Part shown: positions 19,625 to 29,144 of the stretch, one piece after another
Position numbering within the stretch: the stretch's first letter is position 1
Layout of the letters: each line of letters opens with the position of its first letter
Origin: an uncultured Verrucomicrobiae bacterium
Lineage (GTDB): Bacteria > Verrucomicrobiota > Verrucomicrobiia > Chthoniobacterales > UBA10450
Assembly: GCA_963742315.1 (NCBI GenBank)
Contig: CAVULE010000003.1
Location: forward strand, 661,540 to 725,539
Direction of reading: 5' to 3'
Length of the DNA stretch: 64,000 nucleotides
The notes under the pieces: model-generated
Database searches by the model: none
Told to the model about the DNA's origin: nothing
What the model saw: the letters and a program-made list of their open reading frames with translations, nothing else
Made by a program: the position numbers and the translations under genes

Positions 19625-21166
19625 ATGTTAAAACAAGAAAGATTCATCGCATTCATCTGCGGCATTTTACTGGCATTTGTTGGTTCCGCTCGGGCGCAAC
19701 GAATCGTAAACGATGTTCAGGATTATCTCGGCCCACGATTTCACGGCACCGAGCAGAACGCGCCTTCGCTCAACCTGCCGTCACCCGGTCCCCGCGCCGC
19801 GGATTCGCTTCGTCACTGGAATCAGATCGCCATTGATGCCAGTGGACTTGATCACACGCCGGTCGCGCCCGGAGAAACTCGCGTGTTCGGCGAACAGCTG
19901 GGCCCGACGCGAGCAAGTCGCGCGATGGCGATCGTTCACATTGCGATGTTCGACAGCGTTAACGGAATCGCGGGCGGTTTTCGAAGCTATACCAATGTTC
20001 GTCCGGCGCGCACCGGCGCTTCAATGACGACCGCAATCGCGCAGGCTGCGCGCGACACGCTGACTGCGCTTTTTCCTTCGCAGCAATCGACCTTCGATCA
20101 GTTCCTCGCCAGTGATTTGAACCAGGTTCGTGACGGTCGCGCGAAAACGGATGGGATCGATATGGGCCATCGCGCGGCCGTTGCCATCCTGAGTCTGAGA
20201 AGTAACGACGGCTCTCAGTTACCCGAACCGCGGCTCGGAGTTCAGTTCTTTCCCAGCGATCAACCCGGCAAATGGCGCCAGGATCCAATTAGCCAGAGTC
20301 CGATCGCCCTCGGCGCATATTGGGGAACGGTGAGGCCTTTCGTGATACGCTCAGCCAGGCAGTTTCGCACACCGACACCACCCAGCCTAACGAGCGCTGA
20401 GTACACAACCGCATATAACCAAGTCAAACTCATCGGCGGCGACGGAATCGTCACCCCAACTGTGCGGACGGAAGAACAAACCGAAATTGGAATTTACTGG
20501 GCCTACGACGGCACACCGAGTTTGTGCGCGCCACCGCGCTTATACAATCAGATCGCGATGCATATCGCCGACCAGATGGGAACAACCGCCAATGCGTCCG
20601 AGCTCGCGCGCCTGCTCGCACTCGTTAACACCTCCATGGCCGATGCCGCCATCGCCATCTGGGAATCGAAATACTTTTATCAATATTGGCGGCCCGTCAC
20701 CGGCATTCGCGAATCCGATCCGGGCACCGGGCCAACCGGCGCTGGCGATGGAAATCCCGCGACCATTGGCGATCCAAGCTTTTCGCCACTTGGCGCACCG
20801 GCAAGCAATCTGACCGGACCGAATTTCACTCCGCCATTTCCATCATATCCGTCCGGCCATGCCGGGTTCGGCGGCGCGCTCTTCCAAACCCTGCGCGCCT
20901 TCTACCGCACCGACAACATTGCCTTTACTTTTACCTCCGACGAATTCAATGGGACGACACGCGACAACGCCGGGAACGTGCGTCCGCTCCTGCCTCGCAG
21001 CTTTTCATCACTGTCGCAGGCAGAAGAAGAAAACGGTCAGAGCCGAATTTACCTCGGCATTCATTGGGTTTTCGATAAAAGCGAAGGCATCGCGCAGGGT
21101 CGCCGAGTGGCAGACTACGTCTTTGCCAACGCATTCAGGCCGGCGTTACCGCATAAGGGTCGGTGA
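19625..21166 (+). CDS. secreted vanadium-haloperoxidase-like / PAP2 superfamily protein
   Basis: Signal peptide MLKQERFIAFICGILLAFVGSARA. Motifs YWRP..G.RESD and PSYPSGHAGFGGALFQ (PAP2/vanadate-binding signature). Confidence 0.6.
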   Translation: MLKQERFIAFICGILLAFVGSARAQRIVNDVQDYLGPRFHGTEQNAPSLNLPSPGPRAADSLRHWNQIAIDASGLDHTPVAPGETRVFGEQLGPTRASRAMAIVHIAMFDSVNGIAGGFRSYTNVRPARTGASMTTAIAQAARDTLTALFPSQQSTFDQFLASDLNQVRDGRAKTDGIDMGHRAAVAILSLRSNDGSQLPEPRLGVQFFPSDQPGKWRQDPISQSPIALGAYWGTVRPFVIRSARQFRTPTPPSLTSAEYTTAYNQVKLIGGDGIVTPTVRTEEQTEIGIYWAYDGTPSLCAPPRLYNQIAMHIADQMGTTANASELARLLALVNTSMADAAIAIWESKYFYQYWRPVTGIRESDPGTGPTGAGDGNPATIGDPSFSPLGAPASNLTGPNFTPPFPSYPSGHAGFGGALFQTLRAFYRTDNIAFTFTSDEFNGTTRDNAGNVRPLLPRSFSSLSQAEEENGQSRIYLGIHWVFDKSEGIAQGRRVADYVFANAFRPALPHKGR

Positions 21167-21245
21167 TTCAGCAAACGATTTCCGCCAGTGACTGACCGAC
21201 TGCACGGCGTTGCCAAAGCTTTAGCGCAACGCGTAGCTTGTACCC

Positions 21246-22337
21246 GTGAAATTTTTTCGTCCCTTCATTCCCCTGCTCAGAGGCTGGGCGCTCTCGTTCC
21301 TCAGCTGGGGGATGGTAGGGTTCGTCCTTGGCGTGAATTTCGTCGGTGGCACCGACATTCCCTGGACGGAGGCACTGCATGCATCTATCCGCGACCAATT
21401 ACCCTGGGCTGTGCTTACGCCTCTGGTATTTCGCTTCGCCACACGCCATCTCATCGATCGCGGAACCTGGATAAAAAACCTGCTGCTGCTTTCCCTCGTT
21501 GGTGCTTTGGTCGTCTGGGGAATTCATCAATGGAAAATCCTCGTCGATCCCGGGCCCGGCCCGTATCGCCATTGGCGGCCGACCTCGGCAAAAAACTTCG
21601 GGCCGCAGGCAGAACAGCAGCTCGAGCCACCACCATCGGGCTGGGATTTTTTCCATTTCGCCAGCGTCGAAATCCCAATCTACGTCATGATTGTGAGTGC
21701 CGCGCACACCTTGCGTTTCTATCGGCGCGCCGAAATTCGCTCTGGCCAGTTGGCCAGCGCGCGCTTGCAAGCATTGCAAGCGCAACTGCAACCACATTTC
21801 CTTTTCAACACCCTCAACACCATCGCAAGTCTCGTTCACAAATCCCCGGACAAGGCCGATTCCGTTCTCACCATGCTCAGCGATCTCCTGCGTTTTTCGC
21901 TCGAAACCAACGGCGAAACGCAAGTACCGATTCAGCACGAGGTGGAGTTCACCGAAAAATATCTCGCTATCATGCGGGTGCGATACGGCGAGCGTGTGCG
22001 TTATGAATTCCAAATTGCGCAGGACGCGCTTAGCGCCTGTGTGCCGGCTCTTCTCCTGCAACCGCTGGTCGAGAATGCAGTCAAATACGCCATCGAACCG
22101 AGTCCCGAGCGTGGCAAGATCGACATCCATGCTCGGCGCGATGGAAATTTTCTCCGGCTTAGGGTCGCTGACACCGGCCCCGGAATTGCGCCGGCTGCGC
22201 CACTCGAGGAAGGCATCGGCTTGTCGAGCACACGCGCGCGCTTGCGCGAACTCTACGGCGAGCAAGGTTCTCTAGAGATCGACAACGAATCCGGTTTCAT
22301 TGTCAAAATCAAAATTCCATTTCAAACGGCTGCATGA
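21246..22337 (+). CDS. LytS/YehU-type sensor histidine kinase
   Basis: Multi-TM N-terminus. LQAQLQPHFLFNTLNTIASLV (His_kinase H-box of the LytS family). HATPase_c (RLRVADTGPGI...GIGL). Confidence 0.85.
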   Translation: MKFFRPFIPLLRGWALSFLSWGMVGFVLGVNFVGGTDIPWTEALHASIRDQLPWAVLTPLVFRFATRHLIDRGTWIKNLLLLSLVGALVVWGIHQWKILVDPGPGPYRHWRPTSAKNFGPQAEQQLEPPPSGWDFFHFASVEIPIYVMIVSAAHTLRFYRRAEIRSGQLASARLQALQAQLQPHFLFNTLNTIASLVHKSPDKADSVLTMLSDLLRFSLETNGETQVPIQHEVEFTEKYLAIMRVRYGERVRYEFQIAQDALSACVPALLLQPLVENAVKYAIEPSPERGKIDIHARRDGNFLRLRVADTGPGIAPAAPLEEGIGLSSTRARLRELYGEQGSLEIDNESGFIVKIKIPFQTAA

Positions 22338-23071
22338 AACTTCGCACTGTCATCGTTGACGACGAACACATCGCACGTCAACGACTGCGAAGACTGCTCG
22401 CCCGCGAGGCCGAAATAGAAATCATCGCGGAATGCGGCAACGCCGCGGAGGCGCTTGCCGCGGTCGAAGAGGATTCTCCGGATCTTCTTTTGCTCGACAT
22501 TCAAATGCCGGGCGCCAATGGATTTGACGTTGTGGAACGCCTTGACACGGCGCGCCGACCGGCGGTTGTTTTCGTGACGGGGTTTGATCGACATGCCGTG
22601 CACGCCTTCGAAACCTGCGCGATCGATTATCTGCTCAAACCGGTCGCGCCTGCGCGTCTGGCTAAAACGCTTGCTCGTGTCCGCACTCGTCTGCTCCAAA
22701 TCAAGACGCAAACCGCAACGCCACGGGAAATGGCTCGTCGGCACGAGCGTCGCTTTTTTGTCCGCAGCGGAGCGCACACAGCTTTCATTGCGCCCAATGA
22801 GATCGATTGGATTGAGGCTTGCGGCAATTACGCCATTCTTCACGTTGGCCCGCGCAATCACTTTCTACGCGAGACCATGTCGGCGCTCGAAACGCTGCTT
22901 CCGCCACACGATTTCCTGCGCGTCAGTCGCTCAGCTATTCTCCATCTCGATCGCGTGAAAGAAGTTCACACCGCGAACGGTGGCCATCACTTTGCTCTGC
23001 TTAAGAACGGCCAGCGCGTCAGCTTTACCCGCAGCGTCCGCGAAGTTACATCGCGCCTGCGCAACGTGTAA
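22334..23071 (+). CDS. LytR/AlgR-family response regulator (REC + LytTR DNA-binding domain)
   Basis: IVDDE...LLLDIQMP REC domain. C-terminal LytTR (FVRSGAHTAFIAPNEIDWIEACGNYAILHV...FLRVSRSAILHL). 4-nt overlap with the kinase gene. Confidence 0.85.
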   Translation: MKLRTVIVDDEHIARQRLRRLLAREAEIEIIAECGNAAEALAAVEEDSPDLLLLDIQMPGANGFDVVERLDTARRPAVVFVTGFDRHAVHAFETCAIDYLLKPVAPARLAKTLARVRTRLLQIKTQTATPREMARRHERRFFVRSGAHTAFIAPNEIDWIEACGNYAILHVGPRNHFLRETMSALETLLPPHDFLRVSRSAILHLDRVKEVHTANGGHHFALLKNGQRVSFTRSVREVTSRLRNV

Positions 23072-23093
23072 GATCGACAATCGAGGGTTGGAT

Positions 23094-24884
23094 TCACTCC
23101 CACCCGATCTGCCGTCCCTTGTTTTGTTCTTCCAGCCAGCTTTGCAAAGGCTTGAAGTATTCGGACATCGCACGGGTGGAAATATCTTCCCCGGTCGCTT
23201 CCTTTAAAACCTTCCGCCAGTCCTCGGTGCTGCCCTTTTTCAGAATGTTATTCAGCCACGTCCCGACTTCCTTGTTGCCGGCATAGTTACAGGATTGCGG
23301 CGGCTGATGCAGGATCTTGCGGGCGATGTAATCGTGTAGTTGAAACTTAAACACGGTAGCGAAAGCGTAGTTATAATAGTAAGCGGGGTTATCGTTGATG
23401 TGCGTCTTGGTTGCGGCGTCACACCATTCTTCGCTACGCGGTGAGGGCGGTTCAACTCCCTGCATATCGCTCACGTATTTCCACCAGCGCGCGTTCCACT
23501 GATCGGCCGGCAGATTGTGCGCGTAAATATCGGCCTCCCAGTGCGGCATCGTCCCGCACGAGAAGTAAATGAACGGGATGGCGCGGGCTAGCGCGTCATC
23601 AAGCAGAAATGCAGTCATATCGGGCTTGAAATCCTTGGGCAAAATTCCTTGCGCTTGCAGATACGGCACCTGACTTGAAGCCAGCGAAATCAACTCGCCA
23701 ATACCTTCATGAAATCCAGGGGCAGCGCCTGTCCGCAGCAAATAGGGAACTTCCGGCCGGCTGTAGGCTTTAAAGTAGTAGCCGTGACCAAGCTCGTGAT
23801 GGGCAGTGAAAAACCAGCGTGCATTTGGTTCGATGCTTTGGAGCGAGCGAATGTCGTTCTCCAAATCGATGTGCCAGCACGAAGCGTGAGTGTTTTTCTT
23901 CCGTTTCGAGTCCGGTGGCAATGGGTACAAGTCCGATTTCTTCCAAAAGCTTTCAGGTAACGGAGAAAATCCCAGCCCGGTATAGAATTGCTCGGCCGTC
24001 TTAATAATCCATTCCGCCTGACGGCCCTGGAAGTATTTGTCGATGTTAGCGGCTTCAACCAAACCGGGCCATTCCTGGGCCCAACGATTGTTGAGCCAGT
24101 GCGCCGGAATTCTTTTTGGGACCGGCTGATGATATTTCTCGGCCAGCTTGTACTTCGCCCAGGTATGCAGTTGCAGATAAAGAGGACGAAGGGTAGCCAT
24201 CCAGTCGTCCAGCATTTTTAACATCTCGTCCGTCGTCATTCCGTAGCTGGCCACCTCTAACGAGAAATAGTCCGGATACTTCATCTCCCTGGCCACGCCG
24301 TTCCGGAGATCTCGCAGGACCACGAGATTTGGTTTGAGGGCGGGCCCGGATTCCTTGGAGGCTTCCCAAATTGCCTTGCGCTCTTCCAGGTCCGTACTCT
24401 TTTCCAGTTTGTCATCGATTTCGTTGGCCGTGATCTTTTGGCCATTAAGTTTGAATTCAAAACTATTCAGAATCGAGGCCTGCTTGGTTTCGGCCTCCAC
24501 GCGTTTTGCGACCAAATCCGGATTTGTCATCGGCCCTTCCGCCGCATTCAGAAGCAGTTGTTTCAACTGCCGAACGCTCAGCGGCGTTAATTCCTTCTCG
24601 TGTGCGAGCAGGTCGCGCGCTTCGGTGATGATGGCTGGGTTGCCATTGAACGCAGCGTAAGCTTTGCCGGTTGCCTCAACGGCGGCGTCGTGCTCCGGCG
24701 TTACGTCCGTCACCGCAAGCCACTGCGCTTCACTATTGACGCGAGAAAGCGCCTGATATCCGGCGTTCGCCAGCTTAAGGAAACGATCGGCGCGTTCCTG
24801 AATCGGAGACGCGGAACAGACGCCCCGAAGCAGGAATACGAATACAAGTAGAAACAGGAAAGGAAAAGAAGAACGGCGATGCAT
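23094..24884 (-). CDS. secreted M2-family zinc peptidase (angiotensin-converting-enzyme-like peptidyl-dipeptidase)
   Basis: Signal peptide. HHELGHGYY...HEGIGE (HEXXH + downstream Glu, the M2 zinc-binding arrangement). ~590 aa, single ACE-like domain. Confidence 0.7.
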   Translation of the reverse strand: MHRRSSFPFLFLLVFVFLLRGVCSASPIQERADRFLKLANAGYQALSRVNSEAQWLAVTDVTPEHDAAVEATGKAYAAFNGNPAIITEARDLLAHEKELTPLSVRQLKQLLLNAAEGPMTNPDLVAKRVEAETKQASILNSFEFKLNGQKITANEIDDKLEKSTDLEERKAIWEASKESGPALKPNLVVLRDLRNGVAREMKYPDYFSLEVASYGMTTDEMLKMLDDWMATLRPLYLQLHTWAKYKLAEKYHQPVPKRIPAHWLNNRWAQEWPGLVEAANIDKYFQGRQAEWIIKTAEQFYTGLGFSPLPESFWKKSDLYPLPPDSKRKKNTHASCWHIDLENDIRSLQSIEPNARWFFTAHHELGHGYYFKAYSRPEVPYLLRTGAAPGFHEGIGELISLASSQVPYLQAQGILPKDFKPDMTAFLLDDALARAIPFIYFSCGTMPHWEADIYAHNLPADQWNARWWKYVSDMQGVEPPSPRSEEWCDAATKTHINDNPAYYYNYAFATVFKFQLHDYIARKILHQPPQSCNYAGNKEVGTWLNNILKKGSTEDWRKVLKEATGEDISTRAMSEYFKPLQSWLEEQNKGRQIGWE

Positions 24885-25215
24885 GGAGGAGCCTAACCCG
24901 CATTTTTTCCCAACCCAGCGAAAATGCGTCCGATAGCGCGGGAATCGATAACGCGGACGATGCCAAAAATTTTGCGAGGACGCCTTTGACTAACATTGAC
25001 CGACAAAGCCTGACGGGGCGTTGCCTACTCGATCCACCAGTTAACGTGCAAACCAGATCGTCGTAATTAGGGCCACGAACCCGTTGAAACATTGCTTTGT
25101 AATTTCCCGGGGATTGTTGCCGTCCGCTACGTCTTTATAGCACCAGGGACGGCAAAGCATCCGTCGAATAAAGATTCAGCGAATCCAGTCTAAAGGGGGT
25201 CAAAGAGAAAATAAC

Positions 25216-25539
25216 ATGAAAACCAGGAAATTGATTACAGCAGGAATCATCAGCGCTGGCCTCACCTTTGGAGTGGTGGCGCAGGCGGCGCATGAAGGAA
25301 CGCAGGTCGAGATGAAGGACGTGCCGGAAGCGGTCCAAACCACCATCAAGGACAAGGCCGGTAGCGATCAAATCCTTCGAATCGAAAAAGAAACTCGCAA
25401 GGGCAAGGAATGCTACGAAGCAGTCGTGAACAAGGATGGCAAGGAAACGGGCATCCTTGTTGATAGCAGCGGAAAATACCTCGGCACTCATAATGAGAAA
25501 GCCGAGCACAAGGAAAAAGGCGAGAAAGACGAACACTAA
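25216..25539 (+). CDS. small secreted PepSY-like domain protein
   Basis: Signal peptide MKTRKLITAGIISAGLTFGVVAQA. ~80-aa domain with a Lys/Glu-rich tail. Weak family call. Confidence 0.35.
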   Translation: MKTRKLITAGIISAGLTFGVVAQAAHEGTQVEMKDVPEAVQTTIKDKAGSDQILRIEKETRKGKECYEAVVNKDGKETGILVDSSGKYLGTHNEKAEHKEKGEKDEH

Positions 25540-25732
25540 ATAGCGTGGCGGTTCTGGAGTGTTGATGCGCTCCAGAACCAAAACGGCCCTGCCGAAGTTC
25601 TGCCGCGACCGCAGGCGCGACCAGCGAACCTACTCCAAAAAAACGCGAAAACTTCAGAGTTACAGGCACAAGCCACTATCACGTTTTTTCGGCGTGTTTG
25701 CCTGACCATCCGTGCCCAACGAGCGTTCTGGC

Positions 25733-26158
25733 ATGAAATGGATCACGCGCGAAAAAATTAAAGTCGATCGCGTGGGTTGTCCGTGGCTGATCCGCAATTT
25801 TGTCGACTCTGAGACGGAGTTTGTATTTCTCCCGCCTGAAACCGAGTGGGAAAAAATCGATAACGGGACCGTGTTCGATGTTCCGAGCTGTGAGCTGGGA
25901 CATCACGGCGAGGATGTCTCCTTCAATTCCATCCTTAAGAAACACAATCTGACTGAACCAGCGCTCGTGCTTCTTGAGGAGATCGTCCGCGCGGCTGATT
26001 CGCGTCCCACCACTCCGCACCCCCGCCGCACACCGCGGGCGAAGGTTTGCGCTGGATCGCAAGCGGGTTCGGGACTCTTGGACTATCAGACTACGAAGTC
26101 CTCGAGCGTGAGATTGTTGTTTACAGCGCGCTTTACGCGGAATGCAAACGCAGGATGA
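25733..26158 (+). CDS. stand-alone ChrB C-terminal-domain paralogue (3' end uncertain)
   Basis: MKWITREKIKVDRVGCPWLIRNFVDSETEFVFLP...ELGHHGEDVSFNSILKKHNL parallels residues ~185-260 of ChrB at 9598..10533 (RPEIDRAGSAWLIRKFIDPKAKFIF...FSHHGEDCTFETLLKRF). Confidence 0.45.
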   Translation: MKWITREKIKVDRVGCPWLIRNFVDSETEFVFLPPETEWEKIDNGTVFDVPSCELGHHGEDVSFNSILKKHNLTEPALVLLEEIVRAADSRPTTPHPRRTPRAKVCAGSQAGSGLLDYQTTKSSSVRLLFTARFTRNANAG

Positions 26159-26206
26159 AATTAAGACTTTCGCTGAAGTAAAATGCCTTTGTAAATAGCA
26201 GAGAAA

Positions 26207-26557
26207 ATGATCGCATTTAGTCGAATTGCCGCGGCCCTTTGCTTTCTCGCGGTTGCGCTTGGCGCATTCGGCGCGCACTGGCTCAAACCCATAATCGATC
26301 GCAACGGAATGCTCGATGTTTGGAACAAGGCCGTTTTTTATCATTTCACTCACGCCATCGTGCTCGTATTCCTCACCTTTTTCGGCGCAACTAGCCGCGG
26401 CGCCTGCTGGCTATTCTGTGCTGGCGTTCTCCTTTTTAGCGGAAGTTTGTACATCATGGCACTAACGAATATCCGTTGGCTCGGAGCGATCACACCGCTG
26501 GGCGGACTTTGCTTCCTCGCCGGCTGGGCCTGGCTATTTTTCGTACCACGCGCCTAA
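26207..26557 (+). CDS. DUF423 family small membrane protein
   Basis: Four predicted TM helices. FGAHWLK and HAIVLVFL motifs typical of DUF423/YgdD. Confidence 0.55.
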   Translation: MIAFSRIAAALCFLAVALGAFGAHWLKPIIDRNGMLDVWNKAVFYHFTHAIVLVFLTFFGATSRGACWLFCAGVLLFSGSLYIMALTNIRWLGAITPLGGLCFLAGWAWLFFVPRA

Positions 26558-26739
26558 CGAAACAGGAGTAGCCATTTGAAATTGACGCGGACGAACAGAG
26601 GGAGACGCACCTCCGGCTGTCTTTCGCGCGATCCGCGGCGTGGAGACCTGTGTGGCGCGTTCGAGAGGTATCCGCAGCGTAGGACTTTGCCGAAGTAACC
26701 CTAGCGCTTGTTCCAATGCCTGTTTATCGGTAAAATCGA

Positions 26740-28251
26740 GTGCCGATGATCCAGACCTTCATTACTTCTCAGCGCCCTGTCGCCACCGTCATCGCCTTTA
26801 TCCTCACCTACTTCCTTGCCCTCACTCTCGGCCGATTGTTCAAACGCCGCGCACACGTGCCACTGGGATTCTTCTTCCAAATTTTCTGTCTCACCCTGGC
26901 GTTTTATGCCGCCATCACCGTTTATGGTGTCCACGCCGACTGGCGCAGGCACGTCGGTGCTGCCCTCGTCTTGCTAAGCCCGGCTTTCATTGTCGCGCTC
27001 GCCAATCATTTTCTCTGGGACTTCTACTTCGAGAAGAAGCGGCAAACCCCCATTCCGCACATTCTGCGCGAGATCTTTGCCCTCCTCGTTTTCCTCATCA
27101 CTCTTCTGCTCGTCCTCAGCTTCGGCTATCACGCTGAAGCCCAGCTCAAGGGCCTTCTCGCGGGTTCGGGCATCGTCGCTATCATTGTCGGTTTTGCCGG
27201 ACAAAACCTTTTCGGAGGAATTATTGCCGGCATTCAATTGCAAATTAGCCACCCCTTTCGGGTGGGCGACTGGTTACAGGTTGGCGAACGCTTCGCCGAA
27301 GTCATGGAGATCAACTGGCGCTCCACCCGCCTGCGCACCAACGACGGTATTTACCTCGACATTCCAAACAACGAAATCGTTCGAGAAACCATCATCAACC
27401 TGCATTACCCGACTCAAGTGCACGCGATGCGGATTCGCGTTGGCATCGACTACAAGACCCCGCCGAATCGCGTCAAGGATGCGCTCATGCGCGCAACCAA
27501 AAACGCTGAGCTCGTGCTGAGAGATCCGCCGCCAAAAATCTTTCTCGTCGATTTCGGCGATCACGCCGTCATCTATGAGATCAAATTCTACATGGGCAAT
27601 CATGCCGCGATCAACGAGGTGAACGACGCCATTCGCACAAATGTTTGGTACGAATTGAAACGTCAACAAATCAGCATTCCTTACCCGATTCGGACACTGC
27701 ACGTGGAACGCCGGCCCCGGGATCGTGGGGGCGAAGATCAGGAGCAAGCGCGTGAGATCTTACGCGGCGAGCCTCTTTTTCAGTGCCTCGCGGACGATCA
27801 ACTCGATGCTCTACTACAAAATTCGCGACTCAATCATTTTGGGCGGGGCGAACGCCTTATCGAAGAAGGCGCGGAGGGCGATTCGATGTTTGTGCTCTTG
27901 CGTGGCAACGCCAACGTCTCAGTAGCCAAAAACGGTGCAGCGATTGGTGTTGGCACGCTGCATTCTGGCGATTGCTTCGGCGAAATGTCGCTCCTGACCG
28001 GCGAACGCCGCACCGCCACCGTCCGCGCCGCGGCAGACTGCTACGTTCTGGAAATCAGCAAATCAGTAATGGGCGAAGTCATTCGCCACTCGCCCGAATC
28101 TCTCAATCAACTGAGTGAGCTACTGGCAAAACGAAAGATGGAGACCGAGGGCATCATCAAAGATGCTCATCTCGCCCAAAATGAGGCGGCCAAGCAACGT
28201 GAATATAGCGCTTCTTTCCTTCAACGTTTGCGCACATTTTTCGAGGTATAA
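26740..28251 (+). CDS. MscS-family mechanosensitive channel fused to a C-terminal cyclic-nucleotide-binding domain
   Basis: TM helices. MscS core (GSGIVAIIVGFAGQNLFGGIIAGIQLQISHPFRVGDWLQVG). cNMP-binding motif (GDCFGEMSLLTGERRTATVRAAADCYVLEI). Confidence 0.8.
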   Translation: MPMIQTFITSQRPVATVIAFILTYFLALTLGRLFKRRAHVPLGFFFQIFCLTLAFYAAITVYGVHADWRRHVGAALVLLSPAFIVALANHFLWDFYFEKKRQTPIPHILREIFALLVFLITLLLVLSFGYHAEAQLKGLLAGSGIVAIIVGFAGQNLFGGIIAGIQLQISHPFRVGDWLQVGERFAEVMEINWRSTRLRTNDGIYLDIPNNEIVRETIINLHYPTQVHAMRIRVGIDYKTPPNRVKDALMRATKNAELVLRDPPPKIFLVDFGDHAVIYEIKFYMGNHAAINEVNDAIRTNVWYELKRQQISIPYPIRTLHVERRPRDRGGEDQEQAREILRGEPLFQCLADDQLDALLQNSRLNHFGRGERLIEEGAEGDSMFVLLRGNANVSVAKNGAAIGVGTLHSGDCFGEMSLLTGERRTATVRAAADCYVLEISKSVMGEVIRHSPESLNQLSELLAKRKMETEGIIKDAHLAQNEAAKQREYSASFLQRLRTFFEV

Positions 28252-28467
28252 CTGGCCTGATTCTCTCATGCTCGAAAACACTAGAGGCTCGGGGAAGGCG
28301 GAATGTAGAGATGGACATTGGAGAATCGAATTCGCTTCCATCCCAGCGAATGATAACTGCATAGAGCGTCGAGCTCCGGTAGCACAGCCAGCTTGGCGGC
28401 GGGGTTATGGAGCGGCACACGCGATGCACATCTTCGCTGGCACAAACTAAGCTTGGATCAAGCGTTC

Positions 28468-28860
28468 ATGGGCCGAGAACCGTACCGCATCATTGTCGTC
28501 GAAGACCACGCCAGCACCGCGGAGGCGCTCCGAAAATTCCTCACCACCATCGGTTACAAGGTTTATATTGCGCCTGATATCGCCTCCGCCCGCGGTCTCG
28601 CAAAAGCGATCGAATTTGACGTACTGCTGAGTGACCTTCGCCTGCCCGACGGTACTGGATGGGATCTAATGGAGGAACTAAGCGCAATGAAACCGGTTCG
28701 GGCCATCGCCATCAGCGGACATAACACCGATGTTGATATCGAACGGAGCCGAAAAGTGGGATTTCTCGACCACATTGCCAAGCCATTGGTCGCCGAAGAG
28801 CTGACTGCAGCAATCGAACGCGCGGTCACAAAACCACGGCCCACTGAAGCCCGGCATTAG
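28468..28860 (+). CDS. single-domain response regulator (REC only)
   Basis: YRIIVVEDH...FDVLLSDLRLPDGTGWDL...AIAISGH...K: receiver domain with conserved D/D/K. No output domain. Confidence 0.7.
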   Translation: MGREPYRIIVVEDHASTAEALRKFLTTIGYKVYIAPDIASARGLAKAIEFDVLLSDLRLPDGTGWDLMEELSAMKPVRAIAISGHNTDVDIERSRKVGFLDHIAKPLVAEELTAAIERAVTKPRPTEARH

Positions 28861-29144
28861 GACTTAGCTTCTAGGCGCCGACTCCCGCGTGCAGTGCTTT
28901 CGGGCGGCGTGTCCCAGCTCGAGGCAGTGGGCCCCGCTTTTCTGATTCCAAAGCGCCATTTCAGGCGGAGACAAACCCCTGCTCGGCACGAAAATTGAAT
29001 GCTAAAAGCCAGTCAATCTGTAATCTTTAAATATCTAATAATCAGATATTAATGCTGGATGCGACTCATCCGCGCGAGATGGGAAAGGGCTCGTTCGACG
29101 ATTATTTTATTGTAGAAAAACCATAGATATAATATCTATAAGAA

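Noticed and set aside
25679-26353. 224-aa minus-strand ORF overlapping the ChrB_C-domain gene
   Set aside because: No motifs and odd composition (Arg/Cys/Ser-rich). The plus-strand frame has clear paralogy to ChrB at 9.6 kb, so the minus ORF is an antisense artefact.
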